Positions 27,505 to 37,242 of a DNA stretch of 64,000 bases are shown one piece after another. A model generated the notes under the pieces. The model saw only the letters and a list, made by a program, of their open reading frames with translations, had not been told where the DNA came from and made no database searches. Made by a program: the position numbers and the translations under genes. The stretch's first letter is position 1; every line of letters starts with the position of its first letter. The stretch is from positions 82,953-146,952 of the forward strand of contig JAEYSX010000003.1 in NCBI GenBank assembly GCA_023434325.1, in the 5' to 3' direction. This stretch comes from Candidatus Parcubacteria bacterium. Its GTDB lineage: Bacteria; Patescibacteriota; Saccharimonadia; Saccharimonadales; UBA4665.

Positions 27505-29393
27505 TGGCAAAGGATCAACAAATGGACCCGGCCGCACTGGCGGCCGCCAAAAAACAACGAGAAGACCAAGAGGCAGCAGAGGCCTTTCGAAAGGGCGTTA
27601 CGGCACTGCGTGACTTTATCGCGCCAAGCAGCATCGAACTCCAAAGCAGCTATTTTCGACTCGGCACACGTCTGGCACGAACCTTTTATGTATATGGATA
27701 CCCCAGGCAGCTTTACACCGGCTGGCTAAGTCCCATGGTCAACCTCGACGAGGTAATGGATCTCTCGCTCTATATCTACCCTGTAGACAGCCAGGTCGTG
27801 CTCGATAACTTGCGCAAGAAGGTAACACAACTGGAGGCCGGTCTACAGATCGACTCCGAGAAGGGTAGAGTACGTGACCCCGGCAAGCAAGTGGCTATCC
27901 AGGATGCCGAGGAAATGCGCGACAAGCTACAAGTGGGCGAGGAACGCTTTTTCCGCTTTGGATTCTACTTTACGATTTACGCATCGAACGATGAGGAGCT
28001 GGAGTTTGTCACCCATAAGGTGGAATCCTTGCTCGGACAGCAACTCGTCTACAGCAAACCCGCCACCTCGCAGCAGGAGCAGGGACTAAACAGCACCGTG
28101 CCGCAGTTTATGGATCAGCTGCAGATTCGGCGTAACATGTCTACCGGCGCGATCAGCACCAGCTTTCCGTTTACCTCGGCCGACCTCAGTCAAGAAGACG
28201 GTATTCTCTACGGTATTAACATGCACAACTCCGGACTGGTCATTTTTGACCGCTTTTCGCTCGAAAACGGCAACTCCGTAGTCTTTGCAAAGTCTGGTGC
28301 CGGTAAGTCATTTACTGTTAAGTTAGAGGCGCTACGGAGCATGATGATGGGCACCGAAATCCTGATCATCGACCCCGAAAACGAGTACGAGCGCATGTGC
28401 GAGGCCGCAGGCGGAGCATACGTGCGGCTTAGTCTCAACTCGGCAACCCGTATTAATCCGTTTGACCTGCCGCGCATCATAGACAGCGAAGAGGCCGACA
28501 ATGCACTCCGCAGCAACCTCATCACACTCCATGGACTATTGAGACTCATGATGGGTGGCGCACAGGCACAATTGCTTGGCGGACAACAGGTCATGGCGCC
28601 GGCGCTTACTCCGGTCGAGGAGTCCGATCTTGATGCTGCCCTCATCGAAACCTATGCCAAAGTAGGCATCACCAACGATCCGCTCACCCATCAGTCCACA
28701 CCGCCAACAATCGCCGATCTTTATGACACACTCTTGCACATGGGAAACACCGGACCGCAACTGGCTCAACGACTTCGCAAATATACCGAGGGTACGTTTG
28801 CCGGTATTTTCTCGCAGCAAAGCAATATCGATATCAACAACCCGCTCGTCGTCTTTAATATCCGCGACCTCGAGGATGAGCTGCGCCCCGTGGCTATGTA
28901 TATTGTGCTGAATTACATCTGGAACCGAACCAAGGCCGACAAAAAGAAGCGCATCCTTATTGTGGACGAGGCCTGGCAGCTGATGAAATATGAGGATTCA
29001 GCCAACTTTATGTTTAGCCTGGCCAAGCGCGCCCGTAAATACAACCTCGGCATCACCACGATTACACAGGACGTCGAGGACTTTATGGGCTCCCGAATGG
29101 GACGGGCGATTGTTGCCAACGCCAGTATGCAGTTTTTGCTCAAGCAATCGCCGTCGGCAGTCGACATATTGGCGGACGTGTTTAAGCTAACAGCCGAGGA
29201 ACGCAAGCGACTCAGTCAGTTCCCGGTAGGGCAGGGCTTGTTCTTTGCCGGCCAAAACCACGTACACCTCCAGGTCGTGGCCAGCCCCACCGAAACCGCC
29301 CTGATCACCACCAATCCCGAGGAAGTCCAGCAGCTCCAGGGCAATTTTGACGGCACACAAGGAACTATCGGCCTAAATGGTCAACCACAGTAG
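27504..29393 (+). CDS. virB4: VirB4-like T4SS ATPase
   Basis: Walker A AKSGAGKS, IIDPENEY, RINPFD, Walker B ILIVDEAW, RARKY, ITQ. Confidence 0.92.
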   Translation: MAKDQQMDPAALAAAKKQREDQEAAEAFRKGVTALRDFIAPSSIELQSSYFRLGTRLARTFYVYGYPRQLYTGWLSPMVNLDEVMDLSLYIYPVDSQVVLDNLRKKVTQLEAGLQIDSEKGRVRDPGKQVAIQDAEEMRDKLQVGEERFFRFGFYFTIYASNDEELEFVTHKVESLLGQQLVYSKPATSQQEQGLNSTVPQFMDQLQIRRNMSTGAISTSFPFTSADLSQEDGILYGINMHNSGLVIFDRFSLENGNSVVFAKSGAGKSFTVKLEALRSMMMGTEILIIDPENEYERMCEAAGGAYVRLSLNSATRINPFDLPRIIDSEEADNALRSNLITLHGLLRLMMGGAQAQLLGGQQVMAPALTPVEESDLDAALIETYAKVGITNDPLTHQSTPPTIADLYDTLLHMGNTGPQLAQRLRKYTEGTFAGIFSQQSNIDINNPLVVFNIRDLEDELRPVAMYIVLNYIWNRTKADKKKRILIVDEAWQLMKYEDSANFMFSLAKRARKYNLGITTITQDVEDFMGSRMGRAIVANASMQFLLKQSPSAVDILADVFKLTAEERKRLSQFPVGQGLFFAGQNHVHLQVVASPTETALITTNPEEVQQLQGNFDGTQGTIGLNGQPQ

Positions 29394-29403
29394 GGGATAG
29401 AAA

Positions 29404-32049
29404 ATGCCCAAATTATCGGACGATCTAGAACGGGATAGCGGTATCGGCAACAAGTACCGCGAGTCGTGGAAAAAGGGTGTTCAACCACCTAGCCACAAAC
29501 AATACCTAATATCGACAAAGTACGGATATAAGACGAAGACCTCGCTACGCGAACTCGAGGAGCGTACAGTCCAAGATCAGAATGAGGCCGAAGGCGACAA
29601 CCAAGCCGACTCACCGCAGGACCTTAAGGACGCCGAGGCTAACCCCTCCAACTCAACCAGTCCTTCCGCTCAAGGAGCTGTCGCGCCCAGCTCTCAGGAA
29701 TCCGCCACAAAAAACGGCCAGAACCAAGGCGAGAACACCGATCCCGCCCAAGATGACGGCCTTTACAGTCAAGGCGACCGTGAACGTAAACGTTCACGCT
29801 TTCGTTTGTCGCGGCGCGGTAAAGCCGCTGCCGGTGCAACGGGGGTCCTTGTAGGTGGATTTGGATTTATATTATTTATGCAAACGCCAAACATGATGAT
29901 TCAGCACTTTGCCGAACTATTTAAGAGCAAAGTGCCGGAAATACAGTTAAGACATCAGGGCCACTATCGCAGAACCAACATGCAGAGTATAAGCGATCTT
30001 TTTAGTAAAGAGGGGCGCCGTGGGAAAAAGCTGATCGCACATATGGAGCGCCGTGGTTATCAATTCCGGTTTGATCGGGAGGGTATGATGTCTATGGTTA
30101 TTGCACCCGACGGCAAACAAATCACTTCGCCCGAAGGAATAGTAGGGGAGGTAGACGAGTACGTCAACAAAAACTACCCACTGTCGTCGTCCCAATGGAA
30201 AACCAAACGCACCGAAGCCTTTTACAAACGATACAAGGTCTCGAGAGATTCGGTCATCGCAGCTAAGGATGGCGAGAGTAAAGACGCAAAGAAGACTGTC
30301 AACTCGGAAATGTTCAAAAATGTCGAGGAGGGTGTCGAGGTCAAAACAACACACCAGACACCCCCCGGTGGTGATCCTGATGAAATAGGCCGAAAGGTCC
30401 AAGAGCACACCGATCTCGCCGAGGGTGACGGATCATTCGATGAAATCAAAAAAAAGCTTCGAGAAGGAGTATCTGTCGACGACCTAAGTCCGGACGAGCG
30501 CAAGCTCCTACTCGGCCTGAATTCGCCGGATCAGCGCGTCTTAGACGTCGTAGAGAAAACAACCAAAGGGTCACTTGGCGAGCGAATGTTCAACTCGATT
30601 AAGGGCTTCGTTAGCTCCACAGACGTGTTCGATAAAATGTGCACCGTCAAATATCGACTGCGGGCTATTACATTTGCGGCGCGGCACTTCCGAGCCATTG
30701 GTGAGCTGCGCTATGTTGCCGAATTTGTAAAAGTTGCGGACAAGATAAGAGCTAACAAAGTGACTGCTGGCGACATCAGCCCCGAACTGGTAAACGCAAT
30801 TATGGTTCGTATTACGATGCCTGACCACAATGGGTATTACGTTGGTCAATCACCGGGATTCGACTATGTACTCAACGGCAAATTTAGCAAATCAGAAAAC
30901 GACGCACACAAGGGTATGTTCGGGGTTGACGGTAAACTCACAGGGATTGCGGCAGCCATTCAATCCGCAACCGACAACATACCTGGGACAAGCGAACAAG
31001 CCTGCAAAGTCATACAAAATGAATTCTTTCAGGTTGCTACTATAATCGTCGAACTTGGCATAGGCGCCTTTACCGGAGGAACGGGAACCGCTGCAACGGG
31101 GGCGGTAAAAACCGGCATAACCGCTTCCGTAAAGGCCGGAATCGAAAAGGTGCTAACCAGGCAATTCGCCAGACAGGCTGCAAAAGATATTGGAACAGGC
31201 GCTGCCAAAGACGCGGCGGTAAGTCTATCGTTCGAATCGGCTTTGGCACTAATGCAAATTTATGCCGAAAAAGCATTCTCACTTAACTTTACCGGACAAG
31301 AACAGGGGGCAGAGCTGGGCAATATCCTCGTTGGTGGTGCCGGCGTACTCAATACACAGCGCTCACTGCAAGATGGGATGGTCCCCGCGACCGCCGAGCA
31401 ATACGATACTGCGCTCGCTATAGCAGACCAAGAAAAGCGCGAAGAGCTAAAAACCCAGAGTATCTACGCGAGGGTGTTTGACTACAACAATATAGACTCT
31501 TTGGCGTTTCGCAGCATGAGTAAAATCGCCACACTGCCGCCTGGCATACACGGGCTCACAACCATCCTTAACGCCGGACTAAACCGTGTCGCCACGACAC
31601 TCAGCAATCCTGTGTCACTGCTGTCCGGACTTGGCAACACGTTATTTGGTCGGGCTTCTGCCAACGAGCTCAAAGGCGACGAGATACGGTTTGATACATA
31701 CGAGGTCAAGGGCGTAAAATACGCCACCTCCCCGGCGGGCAGTCTTCAACCCATCATGAGATCCGACATACTCCGCATCAACCCCGTCGAGAACAAGACT
31801 GCACTTATTGCGTCCGGCGATATAGACTCGTTAACACTTGAACCAAAGAGCGAAAACTTTAGAGAGCACGTAAAAAACTGTGTCGAAGAAGTAGACATCA
31901 TCACCACGCTCGAAACAGAGGACCAGACCAACCCGCAGTTTGACTGCGGTGCCACCCAGCCTATCACCGTACGGTACAAGGCACACCTTGCATACCTGGG
32001 CATGGAGGACGGCATCGACAGCATCTTATTTCCGGATGAGATCAGGTAG
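29404..32049 (+). CDS. Large T4SS-associated membrane protein of unknown function
   Basis: 881 aa; disordered N-terminus, TM helix, Gly/Ala/Thr-rich hydrophobic segment, Cys residues; follows virB4 in the same operon. Confidence 0.8.
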   Translation: MPKLSDDLERDSGIGNKYRESWKKGVQPPSHKQYLISTKYGYKTKTSLRELEERTVQDQNEAEGDNQADSPQDLKDAEANPSNSTSPSAQGAVAPSSQESATKNGQNQGENTDPAQDDGLYSQGDRERKRSRFRLSRRGKAAAGATGVLVGGFGFILFMQTPNMMIQHFAELFKSKVPEIQLRHQGHYRRTNMQSISDLFSKEGRRGKKLIAHMERRGYQFRFDREGMMSMVIAPDGKQITSPEGIVGEVDEYVNKNYPLSSSQWKTKRTEAFYKRYKVSRDSVIAAKDGESKDAKKTVNSEMFKNVEEGVEVKTTHQTPPGGDPDEIGRKVQEHTDLAEGDGSFDEIKKKLREGVSVDDLSPDERKLLLGLNSPDQRVLDVVEKTTKGSLGERMFNSIKGFVSSTDVFDKMCTVKYRLRAITFAARHFRAIGELRYVAEFVKVADKIRANKVTAGDISPELVNAIMVRITMPDHNGYYVGQSPGFDYVLNGKFSKSENDAHKGMFGVDGKLTGIAAAIQSATDNIPGTSEQACKVIQNEFFQVATIIVELGIGAFTGGTGTAATGAVKTGITASVKAGIEKVLTRQFARQAAKDIGTGAAKDAAVSLSFESALALMQIYAEKAFSLNFTGQEQGAELGNILVGGAGVLNTQRSLQDGMVPATAEQYDTALAIADQEKREELKTQSIYARVFDYNNIDSLAFRSMSKIATLPPGIHGLTTILNAGLNRVATTLSNPVSLLSGLGNTLFGRASANELKGDEIRFDTYEVKGVKYATSPAGSLQPIMRSDILRINPVENKTALIASGDIDSLTLEPKSENFREHVKNCVEEVDIITTLETEDQTNPQFDCGATQPITVRYKAHLAYLGMEDGIDSILFPDEIR

Positions 32050-32060
32050 GGAAGTTTGAT

Positions 32061-33446
32061 ATGAAACAATTATTCACCAAATATCGTAAACTGCCACAGA
32101 AATTAACCTTGTATGCGATTATCGTCGTTTTTTCGCTCACGAGCTTATCTGCGCCTACAAGCGCGCAAGACCCGTGCAACGAGGAGCGACTCAAGGATCT
32201 CCAGGTGGCAATGCTCAACTGTTATGGGGACTCCAATGCCTGTAGCGTATCCGACGACAAATCGACTATCGGCATCACCCCCCTCCGAGGAAATGACAAC
32301 CAAGAAAAAATATGGAACTTCTTTTTAGAAAAGGGGTTGACGCCGATCCAGGCGGCCGGTGTTATGGGAAATATCCAGACCGAGTCTGCCAGCACATGGA
32401 GTCCGGTGGTTTTTCAGACGCAAGCCGATCCATGGAATCCGAGCACCGGATTTCATAACGCCTTTGGGATTGCCCAATGGGACGGCGGAAGAAGATATAC
32501 CCCGGAGTACGGGGGCGTGCTCGGGTCGCTCAAAAAAAATTACCCTGATCTTACCGAGTATATGCACCCATCGTACGACCCTCGGCGCAACCCGAAAAAG
32601 GAGCTGCCACCCGGTGTAGAGGACAAACTCCTGAGCTTTGAGCTAAATTACCTCTACAGCGAAAGTAAGTCACGTCGCGTGACATACAAGGGCCTCGGTG
32701 AAGCAAAAAACGAGTGGGAGACACTCAAGCTGCAAAAAACAATTCGTGACGCCGTCGTGTTTTGGCATCACAACTTCGAGATTTCTGCACAGTCAGAAGC
32801 CGATGTCGTGAGAATCCGCGGCGGCCACGCCCAGACAATTTTTGACAAATTTAACGGCGCAGCTACCGATGCCACGGCGACTTGTACTGTTGGTGACGCG
32901 TCCGGGTTTACGGGCACGGTTTTAGCATACGCATGGCCCAAGTACAAGAGTGTGCCTGCCGATGCCGAAAAAACTGACGATCCCGACCCGCACCCGGGCG
33001 TGCGGGGCATACGTATTGCCCTGCGAAAAAAGGAGTACGTAGCCGCCGTCAAAGCAGCACAAAAGAATGGCATTTACACCGGCGGTTACGACGGTGTGGA
33101 TTGCGGCGCATTTGTAACGTTGCTGATGCTCAATAGCGGATTTGAACCAAACTACAACTTTGAGGGTAAATGGAGCAAGGGAGCGGGGAACGTTGCCGGC
33201 GGCCAAATCCCTTGGCTACAGAAAAACTGGAAGAGAGTAGGAAAGGGTAACCAAATTAAAACGAGTCAGCTTAGGCCCGGCGATGTCGCCGTATCCCCCA
33301 CGCATACATTTGTGTGGGTAGGAGAGATCGACGGATTTGAAGGTAAGTCGGCCTCGGCGTCGTTTGGTGATCGTGCGCCGATGGCCGACGGCGGACAGAG
33401 CCCGACTGACCCAAACTTTACGTGGTACAGTAAATATGAGCAATAG
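32061..33446 (+). CDS. Secreted dual cell-wall hydrolase: phage-tail-lysozyme-like domain plus NlpC/P60-like domain (VirB1 role)
   Basis: Signal peptide; QAAGVMGNIQTES...FGIAQW; DCGAFV...LRPGDV...HT. Confidence 0.82.
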   Translation: MKQLFTKYRKLPQKLTLYAIIVVFSLTSLSAPTSAQDPCNEERLKDLQVAMLNCYGDSNACSVSDDKSTIGITPLRGNDNQEKIWNFFLEKGLTPIQAAGVMGNIQTESASTWSPVVFQTQADPWNPSTGFHNAFGIAQWDGGRRYTPEYGGVLGSLKKNYPDLTEYMHPSYDPRRNPKKELPPGVEDKLLSFELNYLYSESKSRRVTYKGLGEAKNEWETLKLQKTIRDAVVFWHHNFEISAQSEADVVRIRGGHAQTIFDKFNGAATDATATCTVGDASGFTGTVLAYAWPKYKSVPADAEKTDDPDPHPGVRGIRIALRKKEYVAAVKAAQKNGIYTGGYDGVDCGAFVTLLMLNSGFEPNYNFEGKWSKGAGNVAGGQIPWLQKNWKRVGKGNQIKTSQLRPGDVAVSPTHTFVWVGEIDGFEGKSASASFGDRAPMADGGQSPTDPNFTWYSKYEQ

Positions 33447-34122
33447 CATGATGAACAACTATCCTGCCTCTAGTAATATATCGTCGTACGAGACAAAACC
33501 CTCGCGGTTAAAAGTTATTATTATAGCCGTCGTGGCGGCGCTAGTTATCCTAGGTATCGGGATTTTTGCTCTCTCGTCGGGACGTTCCGGTGACGGGGCA
33601 CCCATAGAGCTGCGTATCGCACCAGAGAACACCCAGGTATGGGCTGATGGTAAGCCGATAAAAAATGGCGATCGTCTGAGCACCGGCACCTATAGTATAC
33701 GAGCCAGCGCCGAGGGTTTTGAGCAGTATGAGGGCACCTATACTGTCGCCGAGTCACTCGAGAAGCAAGTGCTGGTGATAGCCCTCTTACCAGACTCTGA
33801 AGACGCTCAAGCCTATGTCACAAAAAACCAAAAATTGTACACCGAACTCGAGCGGTATGGCGCAACACAAGCGCAACAACAAAGTGCGATCTTCCTTGAG
33901 AAGAACCCAATTACCGAAAAACTACCGTACTCAAACCTTGTCTACACCATTGGTTACAGCCGCACGAACCCCGATGACCCGAAAGACCAGTCAATAGTTT
34001 TGGATATCAGCGCACCTACAGGATACCGAAACGCCGCCGTTGAACAAATAAAAGAACTCGGGTTTAACCCGGCTGATTTTACTATACGTTTTGAGGGATA
34101 CGTTAATCCGTTTAAACCATGA
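33436..34122 (+). CDS. Membrane-anchored PEGA-like domain protein
   Basis: TM helix, then PENTQVWADGK..LSTGTYSIRASAEGF. Confidence 0.7.
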   Translation: MSNSMMNNYPASSNISSYETKPSRLKVIIIAVVAALVILGIGIFALSSGRSGDGAPIELRIAPENTQVWADGKPIKNGDRLSTGTYSIRASAEGFEQYEGTYTVAESLEKQVLVIALLPDSEDAQAYVTKNQKLYTELERYGATQAQQQSAIFLEKNPITEKLPYSNLVYTIGYSRTNPDDPKDQSIVLDISAPTGYRNAAVEQIKELGFNPADFTIRFEGYVNPFKP

Positions 34123-34745
34123 AAAAGAGCAAAATAATCATCGTCTTTATAGCAGTATTTGGCGTCCTTGTCGGATATGCGGCCTTTGGCATCAACAAGT
34201 CACTCAAAACCATACTGGTTGATATTCGGCGCCCCGAAATCACAGCGACTATTCTCGATAAAAGAGGCAGTGTAATTCAAGACCTAAACGGAGTGTCCAA
34301 ACACCCTATAAAACTTAAGCAGGGCGACTACTTTATCACACCGAGAGGCACCGGAATCGCAAGTACCACGATACCGTTTACGGTGACTGAGTCCGGCCAG
34401 ACAGTCGTTGTGGATCCGGGCTTCTCACAGGATCGACTTCGGACACTCCTTAGCCAAGAACAAGAGGCCGTTGACTCACTTCTTACCTCGACCTACGCCG
34501 GGGTAATTAGCAATTTTACCGTCGATCAGGGTTCACTGTATGGCTATGGCGATTGGTACGCCACGACATTGGTCGAGAAATCCCCGGGACCCGGGGCAAA
34601 CGGCGATATCTATCGGACAGTACTTCACAAAGAGAACGATTCGTGGAAAATAGTTGCAGCGCCGGCAATCGTCCTCTCCGCCAAAGAAAACCCCTCGGTT
34701 CCCAAGCATATACTCAACGCTGCCAACGACATGGGCGACAACTAG
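34119..34745 (+). CDS. Membrane-anchored hypothetical protein (end of the T4SS operon)
   Basis: N-terminal TM helix; ATGA overlap with the upstream gene. Confidence 0.75.
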   Translation: MKKSKIIIVFIAVFGVLVGYAAFGINKSLKTILVDIRRPEITATILDKRGSVIQDLNGVSKHPIKLKQGDYFITPRGTGIASTTIPFTVTESGQTVVVDPGFSQDRLRTLLSQEQEAVDSLLTSTYAGVISNFTVDQGSLYGYGDWYATTLVEKSPGPGANGDIYRTVLHKENDSWKIVAAPAIVLSAKENPSVPKHILNAANDMGDN

Positions 34746-34768
34746 ACATCGTTTTTTAGATCGGAGGA

Positions 34769-35842
34769 CTACGTTTCGCGGTCGGTCGTCAGCGGGATAA
34801 TACTACTGTCAGTAAAATGTTCGACGACTACATCTGCGTCGGTGGTGGTTATAAATGTCTGGTGGTCTTTGAGGTAGCGGGTCAGTGTTTGACGTCGGCT
34901 ATTGTCGAGCTCGCTAAAGACATCGTCAAGAAGGAGCAGGGGGCGCTGTCCGCGCAGCTCCTCGAGTAATTGGAGCTCCATAATCTTGAGCGCCAACACC
35001 ATAGTGCGCGTTTCACCGCGCGAGGCCGCCTCTTGAACGGGATGGCCGCCAATCAGCACTTCTAAGTCATCGCGATGAGGCCCGTATGCGGTAAATCCGC
35101 GGGCAACGTCCAGCTCTGTGGATGATTCTAGCTTATGGAGCAACGCGGTTTCGTAGTGCTGCGGCTCAAACCGCGATTGATACGACAGTCGGACGTCGTA
35201 TTCTTTGCCCGCCAGACTGCCGTACAGGCCGTCTGCGCGCTCCGAAAAGCATTGGACTAGCTCGGCCCGTTCCCGCACAATTTGGCCGCCCAGCTCGCTT
35301 AAACGGATGTTCCAGACAAACAGTTGTTCAGACAAGCCGTAAGGATTCTTCTTGAGTAATGCGTTGCGCTGCGCTAACACTCGTTTGTAGTGACGGCGAA
35401 CCGGACCGAAGCCGGGCCTGATCTGTTCTAATAGGTCATCCAAGAAGGTCCGGCGTAAATCTGGCGAACCACTTAGCAGCAAAAGGTGGTTTGGCTCGAA
35501 CAACACGGTCGGCAACGTACGCTGCGGGCTAAGACGTGCGAGCGTCTGGCCGTCCATCTCGAACGTCTTGGACACTTTTTCTGTGCCCTGTGACTGCAAT
35601 TTGACTGTCCGTTTGGCACCGTCTGCCATGTCGGCATCCAGTCGCGCCCAGTCGGCCTCAAATCGCACCAGATCGGCATCCTTAACGCGGTACGACCCGC
35701 CGCGCGCCACAACCAACACCGCCTCGAGCAAATTAGTCTTGCCGCTGGCATTGGGGCCCACAATTATGTTAACGCCCGGCCCGATCTCGAAGGCCGCATC
35801 CTGGTACGAACGAAAATTCTGCAGCCGGATGTCGGTTATCAT
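34769..35842 (-). CDS. recF: DNA replication/repair protein RecF
   Basis: LQNFRSY, GPNASGKTNLLEA, GPHRDD, SRGE, LLLDDVFSELD. Confidence 0.96.
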   Translation of the reverse strand: MITDIRLQNFRSYQDAAFEIGPGVNIIVGPNASGKTNLLEAVLVVARGGSYRVKDADLVRFEADWARLDADMADGAKRTVKLQSQGTEKVSKTFEMDGQTLARLSPQRTLPTVLFEPNHLLLLSGSPDLRRTFLDDLLEQIRPGFGPVRRHYKRVLAQRNALLKKNPYGLSEQLFVWNIRLSELGGQIVRERAELVQCFSERADGLYGSLAGKEYDVRLSYQSRFEPQHYETALLHKLESSTELDVARGFTAYGPHRDDLEVLIGGHPVQEAASRGETRTMVLALKIMELQLLEELRGQRPLLLLDDVFSELDNSRRQTLTRYLKDHQTFITTTDADVVVEHFTDSSIIPLTTDRET

Positions 35843-35851
35843 ACTTCTATT

Positions 35852-36943
35852 CTAGCTCTTGAGAGGCATAACTATATGCGTGTAATCGGCTTTTGCCGGG
35901 TCGCGCAAGACCGACGCTTCCATTTTGCCATTAAAGCAAAAACTGACTTCGTCGCCACTCAGAGCGTTGAGCGCGTCTAATAGATAGCGGGAGTTGAGCG
36001 TGATCGCACCGCCGCCTGTAACCTTGGCTGCCGCACGGGCGGTGTTCTCGCCCAATTGCGACGCAATCGAGCGGATACTCAGCTCTTGCGTGGATTCGTC
36101 GACATTAAGCGTAATGCTGCCGGCGCTCTCGCGAGCAAACAAGCTGGAGATCTTGGCGGCATTGAGGAGATCGGCGCGCTTAAGCACGGCCGTTGTTTCG
36201 AACTTTTGTGGCATGAGCTTGCGGTAATCCGGATATTTGCCCTCGATTAAACGCGCGACCAGCTCTACATCGCCAACACGGAACAACACCTGCTGGTCAT
36301 CGCTCGTAACTTGTACGTCGCCCTCGGCGTCACCAACAATTCGCAGCAAATCTTGCATCGCGGTCACGGGCACCAAAAGGTCGATTTCTTCCTTTACCTC
36401 GGATAGCTCCTTTTCTGCCAAGCGATAGCTGTCGGTGGCAGCCATATACAGTTTGCCGTCAGAAGTATGGAGATACACGCCAGTGAGTACTGGACGAGCC
36501 TCGTCGCTCGACGCCGCAATCACCACTTGCTGCAGGCTCTTTTTGAGTTCGCTTGCCGGTACACTCCATGTCTTGCCCTTATCAATAGCTGGCATAACAG
36601 GAAATTCCTCGGCCGATACACCGTTGATAACTGACTGGTACTGATCGGTAGCGATATTAAGCTTGAGGTCATATAACTTGAGATCAATAACTCCTGCGGG
36701 CAGACTCCCGACAAAATCTTGCATCAAGCGGGCAGGAACCGTGATTGCTCCTTCGTCAGAAACTTTTGCGCCAATGTAATGCGTGATGGCAATGTCCAGG
36801 TTGGTCGCAGCAATACTTAAGCGACCACCGACAGTCTTAATAAGTACATTTGCTAGTACGGGTAGGGTGCCGCGGGTGTTGGCTACACGGGCGACGATAC
36901 CGAGTGCTTTATTCAGGTTTTCTTGAGTGACTTGTAAATGCAT
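35852..36943 (-). CDS. dnaN: DNA polymerase III beta clamp
   Basis: LPVLANVLI, ATNLD, RPVLTGV, ATDSYRLA, GKYPDY, IVMP. Confidence 0.97.
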   Translation of the reverse strand: MHLQVTQENLNKALGIVARVANTRGTLPVLANVLIKTVGGRLSIAATNLDIAITHYIGAKVSDEGAITVPARLMQDFVGSLPAGVIDLKLYDLKLNIATDQYQSVINGVSAEEFPVMPAIDKGKTWSVPASELKKSLQQVVIAASSDEARPVLTGVYLHTSDGKLYMAATDSYRLAEKELSEVKEEIDLLVPVTAMQDLLRIVGDAEGDVQVTSDDQQVLFRVGDVELVARLIEGKYPDYRKLMPQKFETTAVLKRADLLNAAKISSLFARESAGSITLNVDESTQELSIRSIASQLGENTARAAAKVTGGGAITLNSRYLLDALNALSGDEVSFCFNGKMEASVLRDPAKADYTHIVMPLKS

Positions 36944-36964
36944 ATTTATCCCCCTAGGTCCTTT

Positions 36965-37240
36965 CTTATTAATTAATATGTATAGTTATTGTTTTTATAG
37001 TCATTGTGGAAAATGGGGAAAAGGGGCTGCGTAACAGATTGGAAAACCGGTAATTTGGCTGTGGTAAACGCGGGGATTGGCTGGTGGTTAGACTGTGTGA
37101 AACCTGGGTATTATACACGGGGGTTCGTCCGAGCGTGGAGAGTAGGGTGTATAAAAATGTGTTCGTTTCCACTGCCGCCGCCGCTTGTTTCCATAAGTTG
37201 TACACAAGCCTTGCACAGGCTGCGGATACAAAAAGACGGA
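36965..37240. other. oriC: Replication origin oriC: unwinding region between dnaA and dnaN
   Basis: Tandem DnaA boxes TGTGGAAAA (37005-13) and TGGGGAAAA (37014-22), adjacent period-3 DnaA-trio-like run (36981-37004), AT-rich tract, further degenerate boxes, and a visible C-rich to G-rich switch on the + strand. Confidence 0.8.
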
Positions 37241-37242
37241 TA

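Noticed and set aside
19174..34745. Integrative conjugative element or prophage
   Set aside because: No integrase, relaxase, att repeats or phage structural genes; the lysozyme-like domain fits a T4SS hydrolase.
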